A DNA stretch of 43,090 nt from Candidatus Methylacidiphilales bacterium (GTDB taxonomy: Bacteria > Bacteroidota > Bacteroidia > UKL13-3), in the NCBI GenBank assembly GCA_041730515.1, contig JBGSBN010000002.1:1-43090 (forward strand), written 5' to 3'. The position numbers were made by a program, and so were the translations under genes. Numbering within the stretch: position 1 is the first letter of the stretch; each line of letters starts with the position of its first letter. Below the pieces are notes generated by a model, which saw only the letters and a program-made list of their open reading frames with translations, did not search any database and was not told the DNA's origin. Shown here piece after piece: positions 1-9,913 of this stretch.

Positions 1-13
1 GCTTGTCGAAGTA

Positions 14-2134
14 TTATTTAATTACTGCAAAGTTACCCGTATGAACGATACCACTCTGTAAATCTTTTACGCTGTACATACATATTCCTTGAGTAATTTG
101 GTTTTTGGAGTCGCTTAGTAAATCCCAAGCATGTTCTCCTCCTGTCATTACCAGTTTTTCTCTATCGCTTAATCTTTCAAACCAAGCATTGCCTTCACCA
201 CTATAGGTGTTAGCATCGTGTTTAAAATTAGCTATCACATCGCCACTGGTGGTGTAAATGGTAATTTCGCAACTTTGAGGCAAATTATAAAAGTATAATT
301 TTTTTGTCCTAGAAGTTGTTCCGTCCCAAGCAGCGGTGGTGCTGTAAGGATTTGGATAAATACCCACTTTGGTATTTTGGTCTTCTTTGGTAAAATTATT
401 GATATCGCTACCACTAAAAACCCTAAAATCATTGCCACTAAACGATGATTCTAAAGGTTCTAAATTCAAGATTTTATTTCCTCTGTCAAAGGCTGTAACA
501 ATAAACAAATATTGCCATCCATTACTTAAATTATTCATGGTATAAGCATAATGGTATTTATTAGTATCGCCTTCAAAAGTTTTTGGTTGTGGTAATCTAA
601 TTAAATCAAAACCATTGTTAAAACCTACATCATTTCCTGTGCTATCCCATTGGCCAATTAAGTTTCTAGCATCTGTAAAATTAGGTTTTAAATCATCGCC
701 AATTTTACTAGAGTATATTTTATAACCTTCAAAATCTTTTTCTCTGGTAATTGGGTCAATAGATGCCTCGGCATTATTACTCCAATAAATAGTTGCTTTT
801 TTATCGCCTGCCACTATTTTTACTTTAGGGTCTTCAGGTGGTTCAGGTAATACAAAACGATCTAATTTACCATTATTATTGATGTCTTTTTCAGGAGTAT
901 AAACACCATTTTCTTCATTATCTTCGCCTAAATAAGTTGCTTTAGCTCTTGTAAAATGGTCTCTTAATTCTTTTTGAGATCCTTCAGTACTTAATATAGT
1001 AAGCGCTTGATTTTGGCTAAACTCTCTCAATTGTTTTCCGCAAACAAAAGCCATAGTATAAGTCATGCTTGAGTCTGGTTCTAGCGAACGGAAAGGCCCA
1101 ACACTCATTAATTGTAACCAATTAGATGCTGGTCCATAGGTTGGCCCTGAGGTAGAGTTTAAATCATTTGAGTCAATACCAACAGCCATTTTACTGTATC
1201 TGGTTTGTTCATCATCGGGTTTAATATACGGAGGAGTAACCGAACCAAAAGTCCAAAAATTAGTGTTGAATTTAGGAGCTGTAAATCCTTTGTTGGTAAA
1301 AATTTCAGGTTTTGCTGGGTTACAAAATAAACCATTCCAATCAGCACCTAAAAATTGCATTCCACCATAAGAACTGATAAAATTATAATCATCGGCTTGT
1401 TTCGATGCCATGTAAGCTACAATGGCATTGTTTTTAGTATCTACAAAATTTCTACCTCTTTGAAAAAATAATGAACCTGTTTCCCTTGTTACATTTACGT
1501 TTCTAACTACTAAATCGGCAAAGTTACCAATGTAAATGGAGTCCCAACGTTGTTTGCTTTTGTTGGTAATGGTATAGTTTAATATCACAAAATAATCGGC
1601 ATAGGAATAATTCCAATTCAACACTTCTAGTTTTACCACTGCTTTTAAAGGATTATCGTGCGAATTAATTGGGATAGTTGTTCCAGGAATAATTACATTG
1701 CTATCTGTAATTGTCATCACAAAATCTTGATGAGAAATAGCTGAGTTAGAATAATTAGGACTCCTAGTAAGTTTAGATCGCTCTAAAATTCCAGTAAGTG
1801 GAGTAAACTCAAAGTTAGCAGCACCAGTTGAATAGCCAGCACTACTTTCTGATGACGAAGTAGAAACCCTAACTTGTCCATTTACAAAAGCACCAATCCA
1901 AATACCTCCTTCAAATAAATGTTCTACCCCACTTCCTGTTGGGTAGGCCATAGAAGGAGGCCCACTGGTATTTGTTCTAACATTCGGTCTTCCAATAGTA
2001 CCAGAATTATTAACTGTAAGGCCAAGCCTAGCAGCTGTTGTATGTTTATTTTCGTTTTTTACCTGAGCATTTATATTTTTGTTCATTAACAAAAAGCAAA
2101 TTGCAAGTAAATTAGCACTTATTATTTTTTGCAT
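14..2134 (-). CDS. Secreted hypothetical protein, probable T9SS cargo
   Basis: 706-aa uninterrupted ORF with an ATG start. N-terminal signal peptide MQKIISANLLAICFLLMNKNINAQ. The C-terminal ~110 aa begins IYPNPY and ends GNFAVIK, resembling T9SS/FlgD-Ig-like C-terminal sorting domains. No catalytic motif recognised. Confidence 0.7.
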   Translation of the reverse strand: MQKIISANLLAICFLLMNKNINAQVKNENKHTTAARLGLTVNNSGTIGRPNVRTNTSGPPSMAYPTGSGVEHLFEGGIWIGAFVNGQVRVSTSSSESSAGYSTGAANFEFTPLTGILERSKLTRSPNYSNSAISHQDFVMTITDSNVIIPGTTIPINSHDNPLKAVVKLEVLNWNYSYADYFVILNYTITNKSKQRWDSIYIGNFADLVVRNVNVTRETGSLFFQRGRNFVDTKNNAIVAYMASKQADDYNFISSYGGMQFLGADWNGLFCNPAKPEIFTNKGFTAPKFNTNFWTFGSVTPPYIKPDDEQTRYSKMAVGIDSNDLNSTSGPTYGPASNWLQLMSVGPFRSLEPDSSMTYTMAFVCGKQLREFSQNQALTILSTEGSQKELRDHFTRAKATYLGEDNEENGVYTPEKDINNNGKLDRFVLPEPPEDPKVKIVAGDKKATIYWSNNAEASIDPITREKDFEGYKIYSSKIGDDLKPNFTDARNLIGQWDSTGNDVGFNNGFDLIRLPQPKTFEGDTNKYHYAYTMNNLSNGWQYLFIVTAFDRGNKILNLEPLESSFSGNDFRVFSGSDINNFTKEDQNTKVGIYPNPYSTTAAWDGTTSRTKKLYFYNLPQSCEITIYTTSGDVIANFKHDANTYSGEGNAWFERLSDREKLVMTGGEHAWDLLSDSKNQITQGICMYSVKDLQSGIVHTGNFAVIK

Positions 2135-2387
2135 ATTCTACAGGCTGCAAATATCTAATTTTTAACAATACCTTACTGTTAAATTATTATTTTGCTTAAA
2201 ATAATTGATAAAAAATATTTTTCAACATTATTTCAAACCTTAAAGTATTGTGAATGTTATTTTTAAAAAACTATTTGTTTGCTGCAATCAATGATAATTG
2301 TCAATACCTAAAATTATTAATAATAGTAATAAACGGCATTATTATATTGCAACACATTTACACAATAAATTTAATAGAATTATACCA

Positions 2388-3533
2388 ATGAAGCATTTGA
2401 AAATTAAAGCATCTTTTGTATTATCGATAGCTATGATACTTTTTACTAGCCTATCAGTATTTGCGCAAGATATGAACGAGGAAGCGGCCGCAGCAGCTCA
2501 ATCAACAGCAAGTAATATTAACTGGTTAATAGCTGGTATTGCTATCTTATTAGTTTTTATTATTGGAATGGTTTTCGATATTTTATCGAAAGTTGGCGAT
2601 GTTCAAAAGAAACCTATCATTAATTGGGGTAAAATTAATGCTTACCTTGCATTGGTGTTTTTAGTTGTTGGTTTAGCGGCCACTGTTTGGGAGTTTATGG
2701 TTCATGGTAAATTAACCGTGTTTGCATTACCTGCAGCTTCTGCACATGCCAATGAGTACGATAATATGTTTATGGTTACTTTGGCATTAACCGGGGTAGT
2801 TTTTGTTATTACTCAAATACTTTTATTCTGGTACACTTACAAATACAAAGAAAGTCCTAAACGCAAAGCATTACATTACGCTGATAATCATAAGTTAGAG
2901 TTAATTTGGACAATTATTCCAACTTTAGTGCTAACAGTTTTGGTAGTTAGGGGTTTAATTGTATGGAATCACATGACTTCAAGTAAATCGGAAAGTGCAA
3001 TGAATATAGAAATGTTTGGTTATCAATTTGCTTGGAATGCACGCTATAGTGGTGCAGATAATAAGTTAGGTAAATACGATTTCCGTCAAATGGGTGTTGT
3101 AAATGCCTTAGGTGTTGATAGTACTAAAGAGTTTGCCGGTGATGATATTATTACTAGCGAATTACATATCCCTGTTAACCGCGATATTTATTTACACTTT
3201 AGAGCTAAAGATGTTATCCATTCAGCTTACTTACCACATTTCAGGGTTCAAATGAACGTGGTTCCAGGATTACCAACTAAATTTAGTTTTACTCCAACTT
3301 TAACTACCAACGAAATGCGTGTAAAATTAGATAACCCTAATTTTGATTATATTTTATTATGTAACAAAATTTGTGGAAGTGCGCATTACCGTATGAAAAT
3401 GAAAGTAATTGTTGATTCAGAAGAGGAGTTTGACAAATGGATTAAACAACAACCTGCTTTAACGGCAAAAGGTACCGAAACTAATAATGCTTTTTCTTTT
3501 AAAATGAAAAATAGCCCTTTAGCTTCAAAATAA
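2388..3533 (+). CDS. coxB: Cytochrome c oxidase subunit II (CuA subunit)
   Basis: Carries the DVIHSAYLPHFRVQMNVVPG motif and the CuA motif CNKICGSAHYRM. Has a signal peptide and TM helices and lies directly upstream of subunit I. The ORF opens at a TTG (2298), but the ATG at 2388 (MKHLKIKASFVLSIAMILFTSLSVFAQ) gives a proper signal peptide, so it is preferred. Confidence 0.9.
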   Translation: MKHLKIKASFVLSIAMILFTSLSVFAQDMNEEAAAAAQSTASNINWLIAGIAILLVFIIGMVFDILSKVGDVQKKPIINWGKINAYLALVFLVVGLAATVWEFMVHGKLTVFALPAASAHANEYDNMFMVTLALTGVVFVITQILLFWYTYKYKESPKRKALHYADNHKLELIWTIIPTLVLTVLVVRGLIVWNHMTSSKSESAMNIEMFGYQFAWNARYSGADNKLGKYDFRQMGVVNALGVDSTKEFAGDDIITSELHIPVNRDIYLHFRAKDVIHSAYLPHFRVQMNVVPGLPTKFSFTPTLTTNEMRVKLDNPNFDYILLCNKICGSAHYRMKMKVIVDSEEEFDKWIKQQPALTAKGTETNNAFSFKMKNSPLASK

Positions 3534-3567
3534 TTTTAATAACTTAGAAATAAAATAATAGATATAT

Positions 3568-5469
3568 ATGAGCGCAGTAGCAATACACACCGATGGCCAC
3601 CACCACGATGACCACGGCCATCACAAAGAGACTTTCATTTCAAAGTACATTTTTAGTATGGATCACAAAATGATATCAAAACAGTTTTTAGTAACTGGTA
3701 TCATTATGGGTACAATTGGAATGTTAATGTCGTTAGTTTTTCGTTTACAACTAGCTTATCCTGATACCAAGTTTCCTATTTTTGAAACTATATTAGGCGA
3801 GTGGGGTAAAGGCGGAAAATTAGATCCAAATTTCTATTTAGCCTTGATTACCATTCATGGTACCATCATGGTATTTTTTGTACTTACTGCAGGTTTAAGT
3901 GGTACATTCAGTAATTTATTAATTCCATTACAACTTGGAGCGCGTGATATGGCTTCGCCTTTCATGAACATGCTTTCGTATTGGTTCTTCTTTACCTCTT
4001 CGGTAGTAATGATTAGTTCATTATTTGTACAAGGTGGACCGGCTTCTGCAGGTTGGACAGTTTATCCGCCTTTATCAGCATTGCCAAAAGCAATCCCTGG
4101 TTCTGGTACTGGTATGACTTTATGGTTAGTTTCAATGATTTTGTTCATTGTATCATCATTATTAGGTGGTATTAACTATGTAGCTACTGTAGTAAATATG
4201 CGTACCAAAGGTATGAAAATGACAAGAATGCCTTTAACTATTTGGGCATTTACATTTACTGCTATTTTAGGTATTTTATCTTTCCCTGTTTTATTTGGTG
4301 GTTCTCTTTTATTAGTTTTTGATAGAAGTTTTGGAACATCATTCTACCTAAATGAAATTCCTGCTGATTTAGCTGGTGGAATTGAAAGAGTTGGCGGTTC
4401 ACCCATTTTATTTCAACATTTATTCTGGTTCTTAGGTCACCCTGAGGTGTATATTATTTTATTACCTGCTTTGGGTATTACTTCAGAAGTTATTGCTACC
4501 AACGCTCGTAAACCAATTTTTGGTTACCGTGCTATGATTGGTTCTATTATGGCGATTGCCATTTTATCTTTCATTGTTTGGGGTCACCACATGTTTATTA
4601 CAGGTATGAATCCATTTTTAGGATCTGTATTTATGCTTGGAACATTAATTATTGCTGTTCCATCAGCTGTAAAAACATTTAATTATTTAGGAACTTTATG
4701 GCAAGGTAACTTGCGTTTAAACCCGCAAATGATGTTTGCCATTGGTTTAGTATCGTTCTTTATTTCTGGTGGTTTAACTGGTATTTTCTTAGGAAATGCA
4801 GCATTGGATATTAATTTACACGATACTTATTTTGTAGTAGCTCATTTCCATTTGGTAATGGGAAGTGCTGCTATCTTTGGTATGTTATGCGGTATTTACC
4901 ATTGGTATCCTAAAATGTTCGGTAGAACCATGAACGAAAGTTTAGGGCATATCCATTTCTGGATGACAATTGTTTCTGCATATTGTGTATTTTTCCCAAT
5001 GCACTTTATGGGTTTAGCAGGTGTGCCTCGCAGGTATTATGCATTTACTGCTTACGACCAATTCAATGTTTTTGTTGATATGAATAAATTCATTACTTAT
5101 GCTGCATTCATTGGTGGAATTGCCCAATTTATCTTCTTGTTCAACTTCTTTTATAGTATGTTCAAAGGTAAAAAAGCAGTTCAAAATCCTTGGGAAAGTA
5201 ATACATTGGAATGGACTACTCCAGTTAAACATTTACATGGTAACTGGCCGGGCGAAATTCCTCACGTTTACCGTTGGCCATACGATTATAGCGTACCAGG
5301 ACATGAAAGTGATTTCATTCCTCAAACTACTCCAGATGAAGGTCAATTAGATCCGTTATCTGAACCAAAAGCAGTTCCTGCCCCTGAGCGTAAACGAGTT
5401 CCTACTTTAGAAAAAGAAGAAGCAGTTTTATTCACATTGGTAAAGCGTTGGTTGGGTTTTGCTCAATAA
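3568..5469 (+). CDS. coxA: Cytochrome c oxidase subunit I (heme-copper oxidase catalytic subunit)
   Basis: 633 aa and multi-TM. Hallmark motifs are present: HGTIMVFF, GGSPILFQHLFWFLGHPEVYI, WGHHMF, VVAHFHLVM. His-rich N-terminus HTDGHHHDDHGHH. Confidence 0.97.
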   Translation: MSAVAIHTDGHHHDDHGHHKETFISKYIFSMDHKMISKQFLVTGIIMGTIGMLMSLVFRLQLAYPDTKFPIFETILGEWGKGGKLDPNFYLALITIHGTIMVFFVLTAGLSGTFSNLLIPLQLGARDMASPFMNMLSYWFFFTSSVVMISSLFVQGGPASAGWTVYPPLSALPKAIPGSGTGMTLWLVSMILFIVSSLLGGINYVATVVNMRTKGMKMTRMPLTIWAFTFTAILGILSFPVLFGGSLLLVFDRSFGTSFYLNEIPADLAGGIERVGGSPILFQHLFWFLGHPEVYIILLPALGITSEVIATNARKPIFGYRAMIGSIMAIAILSFIVWGHHMFITGMNPFLGSVFMLGTLIIAVPSAVKTFNYLGTLWQGNLRLNPQMMFAIGLVSFFISGGLTGIFLGNAALDINLHDTYFVVAHFHLVMGSAAIFGMLCGIYHWYPKMFGRTMNESLGHIHFWMTIVSAYCVFFPMHFMGLAGVPRRYYAFTAYDQFNVFVDMNKFITYAAFIGGIAQFIFLFNFFYSMFKGKKAVQNPWESNTLEWTTPVKHLHGNWPGEIPHVYRWPYDYSVPGHESDFIPQTTPDEGQLDPLSEPKAVPAPERKRVPTLEKEEAVLFTLVKRWLGFAQ

Positions 5470-5483
5470 TTAAAAAAATAAAG

Positions 5484-5515
5484 ACAACCGTGCTTATATG
5501 AGTGCGGTTGTTTTA
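5484..5515 (+). terminator. Intrinsic terminator candidate after coxA
   Basis: Stem acaaccg (5484-5490) pairs with cggttgt (5505-5511), with a 14-nt loop, followed by a T-run. Lies 15 nt after the coxA stop. Confidence 0.55.
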
Positions 5516-5546
5516 TAAGTAGAATGATTAATAATCATTCATAAAA

Positions 5547-6524
5547 ATGTTAGAAACAAGAAAATACGAAATTAGATTTAGAAGATTTGGAATTGCAACA
5601 ATAATTGCAGTTTTCTTTTTAATTTTTGTAGGAGGTTTAGTTAGAAGTACAGGAAGTGGAATGGGTTGCCCTGATTGGCCAAAATGTTTTGGTCAGTATG
5701 TGCCGCCTACCAATATCAATCAATTACCTGCTGATTATAAAACCAAGTTTGCAGTTCAAGGAAAGCAAATTGCCGATTTTGATGTGTACAAAACTTGGAT
5801 TGAATACTTAAATAGGTTAGTTGGTGTAGTAATTGGTTTGTTTATTTTACTAACTGTTGTTTTTGCTTTTCCTTATTTAAAATCAAATCCTAAAATTTTT
5901 TGGTTAAGTTTTTTGGCTTTTATTTTAGTTGGTTTTCAAGGTTGGATTGGTTCAAAAGTGGTTGCTACCGATTTGGCATCATGGATGATTACAATTCATA
6001 TGTTGATTGCTTTAGTGATAGTAGCTTTATTAATTTATACAGTTTCTATTTCGCAGCAATTTTCAATTAATCAATTCAAAATTGATCGTTCTTTAAAAAC
6101 CTTTGTAATTCTTTCCATCATTATTAGTTTAATACAAATAGTTAGTGGAACTCAAGTTCGTGAAAAAGTAGACCATGTTGCTACACTTTTTGGCGAACAA
6201 TACAGAACTCAGTGGCCCAAATTTTTTATGGAAGAACTTATTTTTAAATTACATAGAAGTTGGTCTATTTTGAGTTTAGGTGTTTCAACACTTTTACTGT
6301 TTAAATACAGAAATTTGTTTGAAAGAAATTCTTTGATTTACAAAAGTGGTTTGGGAATAATTTTACTGTTATGTTCTCAAGCACTTAGTGGAAGTATATT
6401 GGTAAATTTAGGTTTTCCAAAACAAGTTACTTCCATACATTTAACAGTAGGAAGTATTATTGCTGGCTTACAAATTTTGGTAGCCATTTTGATTTTTAAT
6501 AAAACAAAGCTAATAACTGAATAG
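5547..6524 (+). CDS. ctaA: Heme A synthase (COX15/CtaA family)
   Basis: 325 aa with about 8 TM helices. Contains the GSGMGCPDWPKCFG motif typical of CtaA/COX15. Sits inside the cox cluster. Confidence 0.88.
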   Translation: MLETRKYEIRFRRFGIATIIAVFFLIFVGGLVRSTGSGMGCPDWPKCFGQYVPPTNINQLPADYKTKFAVQGKQIADFDVYKTWIEYLNRLVGVVIGLFILLTVVFAFPYLKSNPKIFWLSFLAFILVGFQGWIGSKVVATDLASWMITIHMLIALVIVALLIYTVSISQQFSINQFKIDRSLKTFVILSIIISLIQIVSGTQVREKVDHVATLFGEQYRTQWPKFFMEELIFKLHRSWSILSLGVSTLLLFKYRNLFERNSLIYKSGLGIILLLCSQALSGSILVNLGFPKQVTSIHLTVGSIIAGLQILVAILIFNKTKLITE

Positions 6525-6546
6525 TTGTAAGCACAAAAAATATAAA

Positions 6547-7449
6547 TTGGATAAAATAGAACAACATATTGCAATTGAAACAACTAGTTTTTGGAAACAA
6601 AAATATGGTGATTACATGCAACTTATAAAAATCAGGTTGAGTAGTTTAGTTGTATTCAGTTCAGTTATCACCTATTTAACTGCTGCAAGTGGGACTATTA
6701 ATTGGTTTGAGGTATTTATTTTAGGAGCAGCAGGTTTATTAGTAACTGGTGCTGCTAATGGAATTAATCAAATAATTGAGAAGGACTATGATAAGCTAAT
6801 GACTAGAACGGCTAATAGACCAGTTTCAACTGGACGCATGAGTGTTTTAGAGGCTGGAATTAGTTCTACCATTATGGGCTTAGTTGGTGTTTTCCTAATT
6901 GGATTTTATTTAAATCAATTAAGTGGAATTATTGCCTTGATCTCGCTTTTAAGCTATGCTTTTGTTTACACTCCTTTAAAACGAGTTACGCCAATTTCAG
7001 TTTTTGTTGGTGCTTTTCCAGGTGCTTTCCCTACCATGTTAGGTTGGGTTGCTTATACTGGTAAAATAGACTTAGCTGCTGTTATTCTTTTTACAGTTCA
7101 ATTTGTATGGCAATTTCCTCATTTTTGGAGTATTGCTTGGCTTTTGGAAGATGATTACAAAAAAGCAGGGTTTAAAATGTTACCATTTAATCCTGGAAGA
7201 ACTAAAAAAACTGCATTTCAGTGTTTGTTATTCTCTTTAATTTTAATTCCTATTGGTATTTTACCAACTGTTTTTGGAATTTCGGGAGTTGTAGCAGCTG
7301 TAGTTGCTGTTTTTGGAGCCTTATATTTTAGTTTTTATGCCTATAAATTATATAAAAGTTGCGAACTTGCTGATGCTAAAAAGTTGATGCTAGCCGCAAT
7401 TATCTATCTACCCATTGTTCAACTTTTTTACTTGATAGATAAAATTTAA
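6547..7449 (+). CDS. cyoE: Protoheme IX farnesyltransferase (heme O synthase)
   Basis: 300-aa UbiA-family membrane protein with motifs GAANGINQIIEKDYDKLMTRTANRP and FVWQFPHFWSIAW. The ORF begins at TTG 6547. The homologous N-terminal region (DYMQLIKIRLSSLVVFS) starts before the first in-frame ATG (6616), so a non-ATG start is likely. Confidence 0.92.
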   Translation: MDKIEQHIAIETTSFWKQKYGDYMQLIKIRLSSLVVFSSVITYLTAASGTINWFEVFILGAAGLLVTGAANGINQIIEKDYDKLMTRTANRPVSTGRMSVLEAGISSTIMGLVGVFLIGFYLNQLSGIIALISLLSYAFVYTPLKRVTPISVFVGAFPGAFPTMLGWVAYTGKIDLAAVILFTVQFVWQFPHFWSIAWLLEDDYKKAGFKMLPFNPGRTKKTAFQCLLFSLILIPIGILPTVFGISGVVAAVVAVFGALYFSFYAYKLYKSCELADAKKLMLAAIIYLPIVQLFYLIDKI

Positions 7450-7451
7450 TT

Positions 7452-8036
7452 ATGATACAGTCGATAAATAAACCAATAATTGATGAACGTGAGCCTGGTG
7501 TAGAACCTAAAAAGTTTGTACTTTGGCTTTTACTTGTAAGTAGTATTATGCTTTTTGCAGGATTTACAAGTGCCTATATTGTTCGCAGGGGTGAGGGTGA
7601 ATGGGTAGTTTTTGAATTACCTGTTATGTTTATGCTAAATACTGGAATAGTAGTATTAAGCAGTTTTTTTATGCAGTGGGCTTACTTGTCAGCCAAAAAA
7701 GACGAATTAAATAATACCAAAATTGGGTTATTAGTAGCCATTTTATTAGGTACACTTTTTTGCATTATGCAATATTGGGGTTGGAGCCAAATGGTTTATA
7801 ATTCTATTTATTTTGGTTTTGCAAACCCAAGTGGCTCGTTTGTATATGTAATAACTGGGTTACACATGGCACACGTAATAATAGGTATTTTATACTTAGT
7901 TGCTATACTGATACAAACTTTTAGATTTAAAGTACACAAAAAATCAATTAGGGCTATTGCAATGTGCAATACTTATTGGCATTTTGTAGGAATTCTTTGG
8001 ATATATCTTTATATATTTTTACTTTTGAACAGATAA
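7452..8036 (+). CDS. Cytochrome c oxidase subunit III family protein (short paralog)
   Basis: 194 aa with about 5 TM helices. Contains GLHMAHVIIG and YWHFVGILWIYLY, which match the conserved Cox3 C-terminal helices. Confidence 0.85.
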   Translation: MIQSINKPIIDEREPGVEPKKFVLWLLLVSSIMLFAGFTSAYIVRRGEGEWVVFELPVMFMLNTGIVVLSSFFMQWAYLSAKKDELNNTKIGLLVAILLGTLFCIMQYWGWSQMVYNSIYFGFANPSGSFVYVITGLHMAHVIIGILYLVAILIQTFRFKVHKKSIRAIAMCNTYWHFVGILWIYLYIFLLLNR

Positions 8037-8076
8037 ACATTAAATAAACTAAGAAACAAATAATAAATAATAAATA

Positions 8077-8832
8077 ATGGCAAACTCAGCTACTTTAACT
8101 ACCGACAGTAAACAAACATGGGGTGGTGGAAAATCACCATTTAGTGTAAGTTATGGTAAATTAATGATGTGGATTTTTCTACTTTCAGATGCATTTACTT
8201 TTTCATCATTACTAGTTGCGTATGGTTTTGTAAGATTTACTTTTACAGGCTCATTACCTAACACAATTGTAAAACCTTTTTCTCACCTTTCGCATAATTT
8301 TGTAGAAGAAATGCAAAAAGCGGGCATGTTTGTAACTGAACGTTGGCCTTCTCCTGAATTAGTATTTAATCATTTTCCTTTTTTACATGGCATTCATTTA
8401 CCATTGATGTTTGTAAGTTTAATGACCTTCATATTAATTTTTAGCTCTGTAACAATGGTTTTAGCTGTTGAAGCTGGTCATAGAATGGCAAAAAAAGAGG
8501 TTGAGAACTACATGATTTTAACTATTATTGGTGGTGCAGCATTTTTAGGCTGTCAAGCTTGGGAGTGGTCAAACTTTATTACTGAAGGTGCTAGCTTACA
8601 AAACAACCCTTTTGGTCCAACTGCATTTGCTGCTTTGTTCTTTATTGTAACTGGTTTCCATGGAACACACGTTCTTTCGGGTGTAATTATCAATATTGTT
8701 ATTTACTTTAATGTAGTAAATGGAACTTACGAAAAAAGAGGTCATTACGAAATGGTTGAAAAAGTAGGTTTATACTGGCATTTTGTTGATTTAGTTTGGG
8801 TGTTTGTATTCACTTTCTTCTATTTAATATAA
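8077..8832 (+). CDS. Cytochrome c oxidase subunit III
   Basis: 251 aa. Contains TGFHGTHVLSGV and YWHFVDLVWVFVFTFFY, the canonical Cox3 motifs. Confidence 0.9.
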   Translation: MANSATLTTDSKQTWGGGKSPFSVSYGKLMMWIFLLSDAFTFSSLLVAYGFVRFTFTGSLPNTIVKPFSHLSHNFVEEMQKAGMFVTERWPSPELVFNHFPFLHGIHLPLMFVSLMTFILIFSSVTMVLAVEAGHRMAKKEVENYMILTIIGGAAFLGCQAWEWSNFITEGASLQNNPFGPTAFAALFFIVTGFHGTHVLSGVIINIVIYFNVVNGTYEKRGHYEMVEKVGLYWHFVDLVWVFVFTFFYLI

Positions 8833-8884
8833 TTATTATTTTTCAACTCAATTATTACCTCATTAAATAATAAAATTAATTAAC

Positions 8885-9214
8885 ATGGATCAAATAGAAC
8901 ATTTAGAACATACAGAATCTCCTGCTAATATGAAAAAGCAGATAATAAACACATTCATAATATTGACAATTCTTACAATTGTTGATATTGCTTTATACTT
9001 TATATTATTATCAAGTCATTCAATGGCTAAAAATATATTATTTGTATTTTTAGGAATTGTTAAAGCATTTTATATCGTTTCGGTATTTATGCACATGAAA
9101 TTTGAACGCAAATTTTTAGTTTGGATTATTGTTGGTCCAATGCTATTTGTGAGTTTTTTAATTTGGTTGGCTTTAACAGAGGCCGATTATACTTTCGATT
9201 CGCGTTTATTTTAA
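8885..9214 (+). CDS. Cytochrome c oxidase subunit IV family protein (prokaryotic COX4)
   Basis: 109 aa with 3 TM helices. Positioned directly after cox3, as in other bacterial aa3 operons. Confidence 0.72.
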   Translation: MDQIEHLEHTESPANMKKQIINTFIILTILTIVDIALYFILLSSHSMAKNILFVFLGIVKAFYIVSVFMHMKFERKFLVWIIVGPMLFVSFLIWLALTEADYTFDSRLF

Positions 9215-9265
9215 AAATTCATTTTCATAAAAAACTTTAATTAAGTTTTTTACTTTATATAATTA

Positions 9266-9913
9266 ATGAAAAGAAAATCATTTTGGGTAGCAACTGGCCT
9301 TTTAGTAGTGCCAGTTGCTCTCTTTTTTTTATTGCGTGCTAGCAAACAAAACTATAAGCACTTACCACACTTAGGCTATCATATCGATCCTAATGGGAAA
9401 GATATTAAGGATACCATTTTTTATCAAGTTCCTGAATTTACTGTTACCGACCAAAGCGGTAAGGAATTAAATACCAAAATGCTTAGTAATAACATTGTGA
9501 TAGCTAATTTCTTTTTTGCTCGTTGCAAAGATGTTTGTCCGGCTATGAACCATAATGTTTCTGCATTTTACGAAAAAGCAAAAGAATGGAGCGAAGTAAA
9601 GTTGGTATCATTTACAGTAGATCCTGATAACGATTCTACCAAAGTATTAGCTGAATATGCCAATAGGTTTAAGGCAGATAAAAATATTTGGCATTTTTGT
9701 AGGACTGATAAAGCTAATTTGTTTAAAATAGGCCAAGGGTTTTTATTACCAGTTTCAATTGAAGATAAAACAATTGATCATAGTCAGCAGGTTATATTAA
9801 TGGATAAATCGCGTTGTATTAGAGGTGTTTATAATGGCCTTGATTTAAACGATATGAAGCGATTAAATGATGAGTTAAAAGTACTTTTATATGAATACCA
9901 CGAACCAAAATAA
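9266..9913 (+). CDS. SCO family copper chaperone (SCO1/SenC)
   Basis: 215 aa with an N-terminal TM anchor and a thioredoxin-like fold. Has the CKDVCP (CxxxCP) copper motif and a downstream DHS histidine. Sits in the cox cluster. Confidence 0.88.
   Translation: MKRKSFWVATGLLVVPVALFFLLRASKQNYKHLPHLGYHIDPNGKDIKDTIFYQVPEFTVTDQSGKELNTKMLSNNIVIANFFFARCKDVCPAMNHNVSAFYEKAKEWSEVKLVSFTVDPDNDSTKVLAEYANRFKADKNIWHFCRTDKANLFKIGQGFLLPVSIEDKTIDHSQQVILMDKSRCIRGVYNGLDLNDMKRLNDELKVLLYEYHEPK

Noticed and set aside
2298-2387. A 30-codon N-terminal extension of coxB starting at TTG 2298.
   Set aside because: The extension (SIPKIINNSNKRHYYIATHLHNKFNRIIP) is AT-rich low-complexity sequence lying in the probable promoter region. 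The ATG at 2388 starts a canonical signal peptide.
7452-8832. Two adjacent cox3-like ORFs might be one gene split by a mutation.
   Set aside because: Each has its own ATG and complete TM-helix set, and both carry the C-terminal YWHF motif. They are separated by a 40-nt spacer. Two distinct Cox3-family genes in tandem is the normal layout of Bacteroidota cox clusters.
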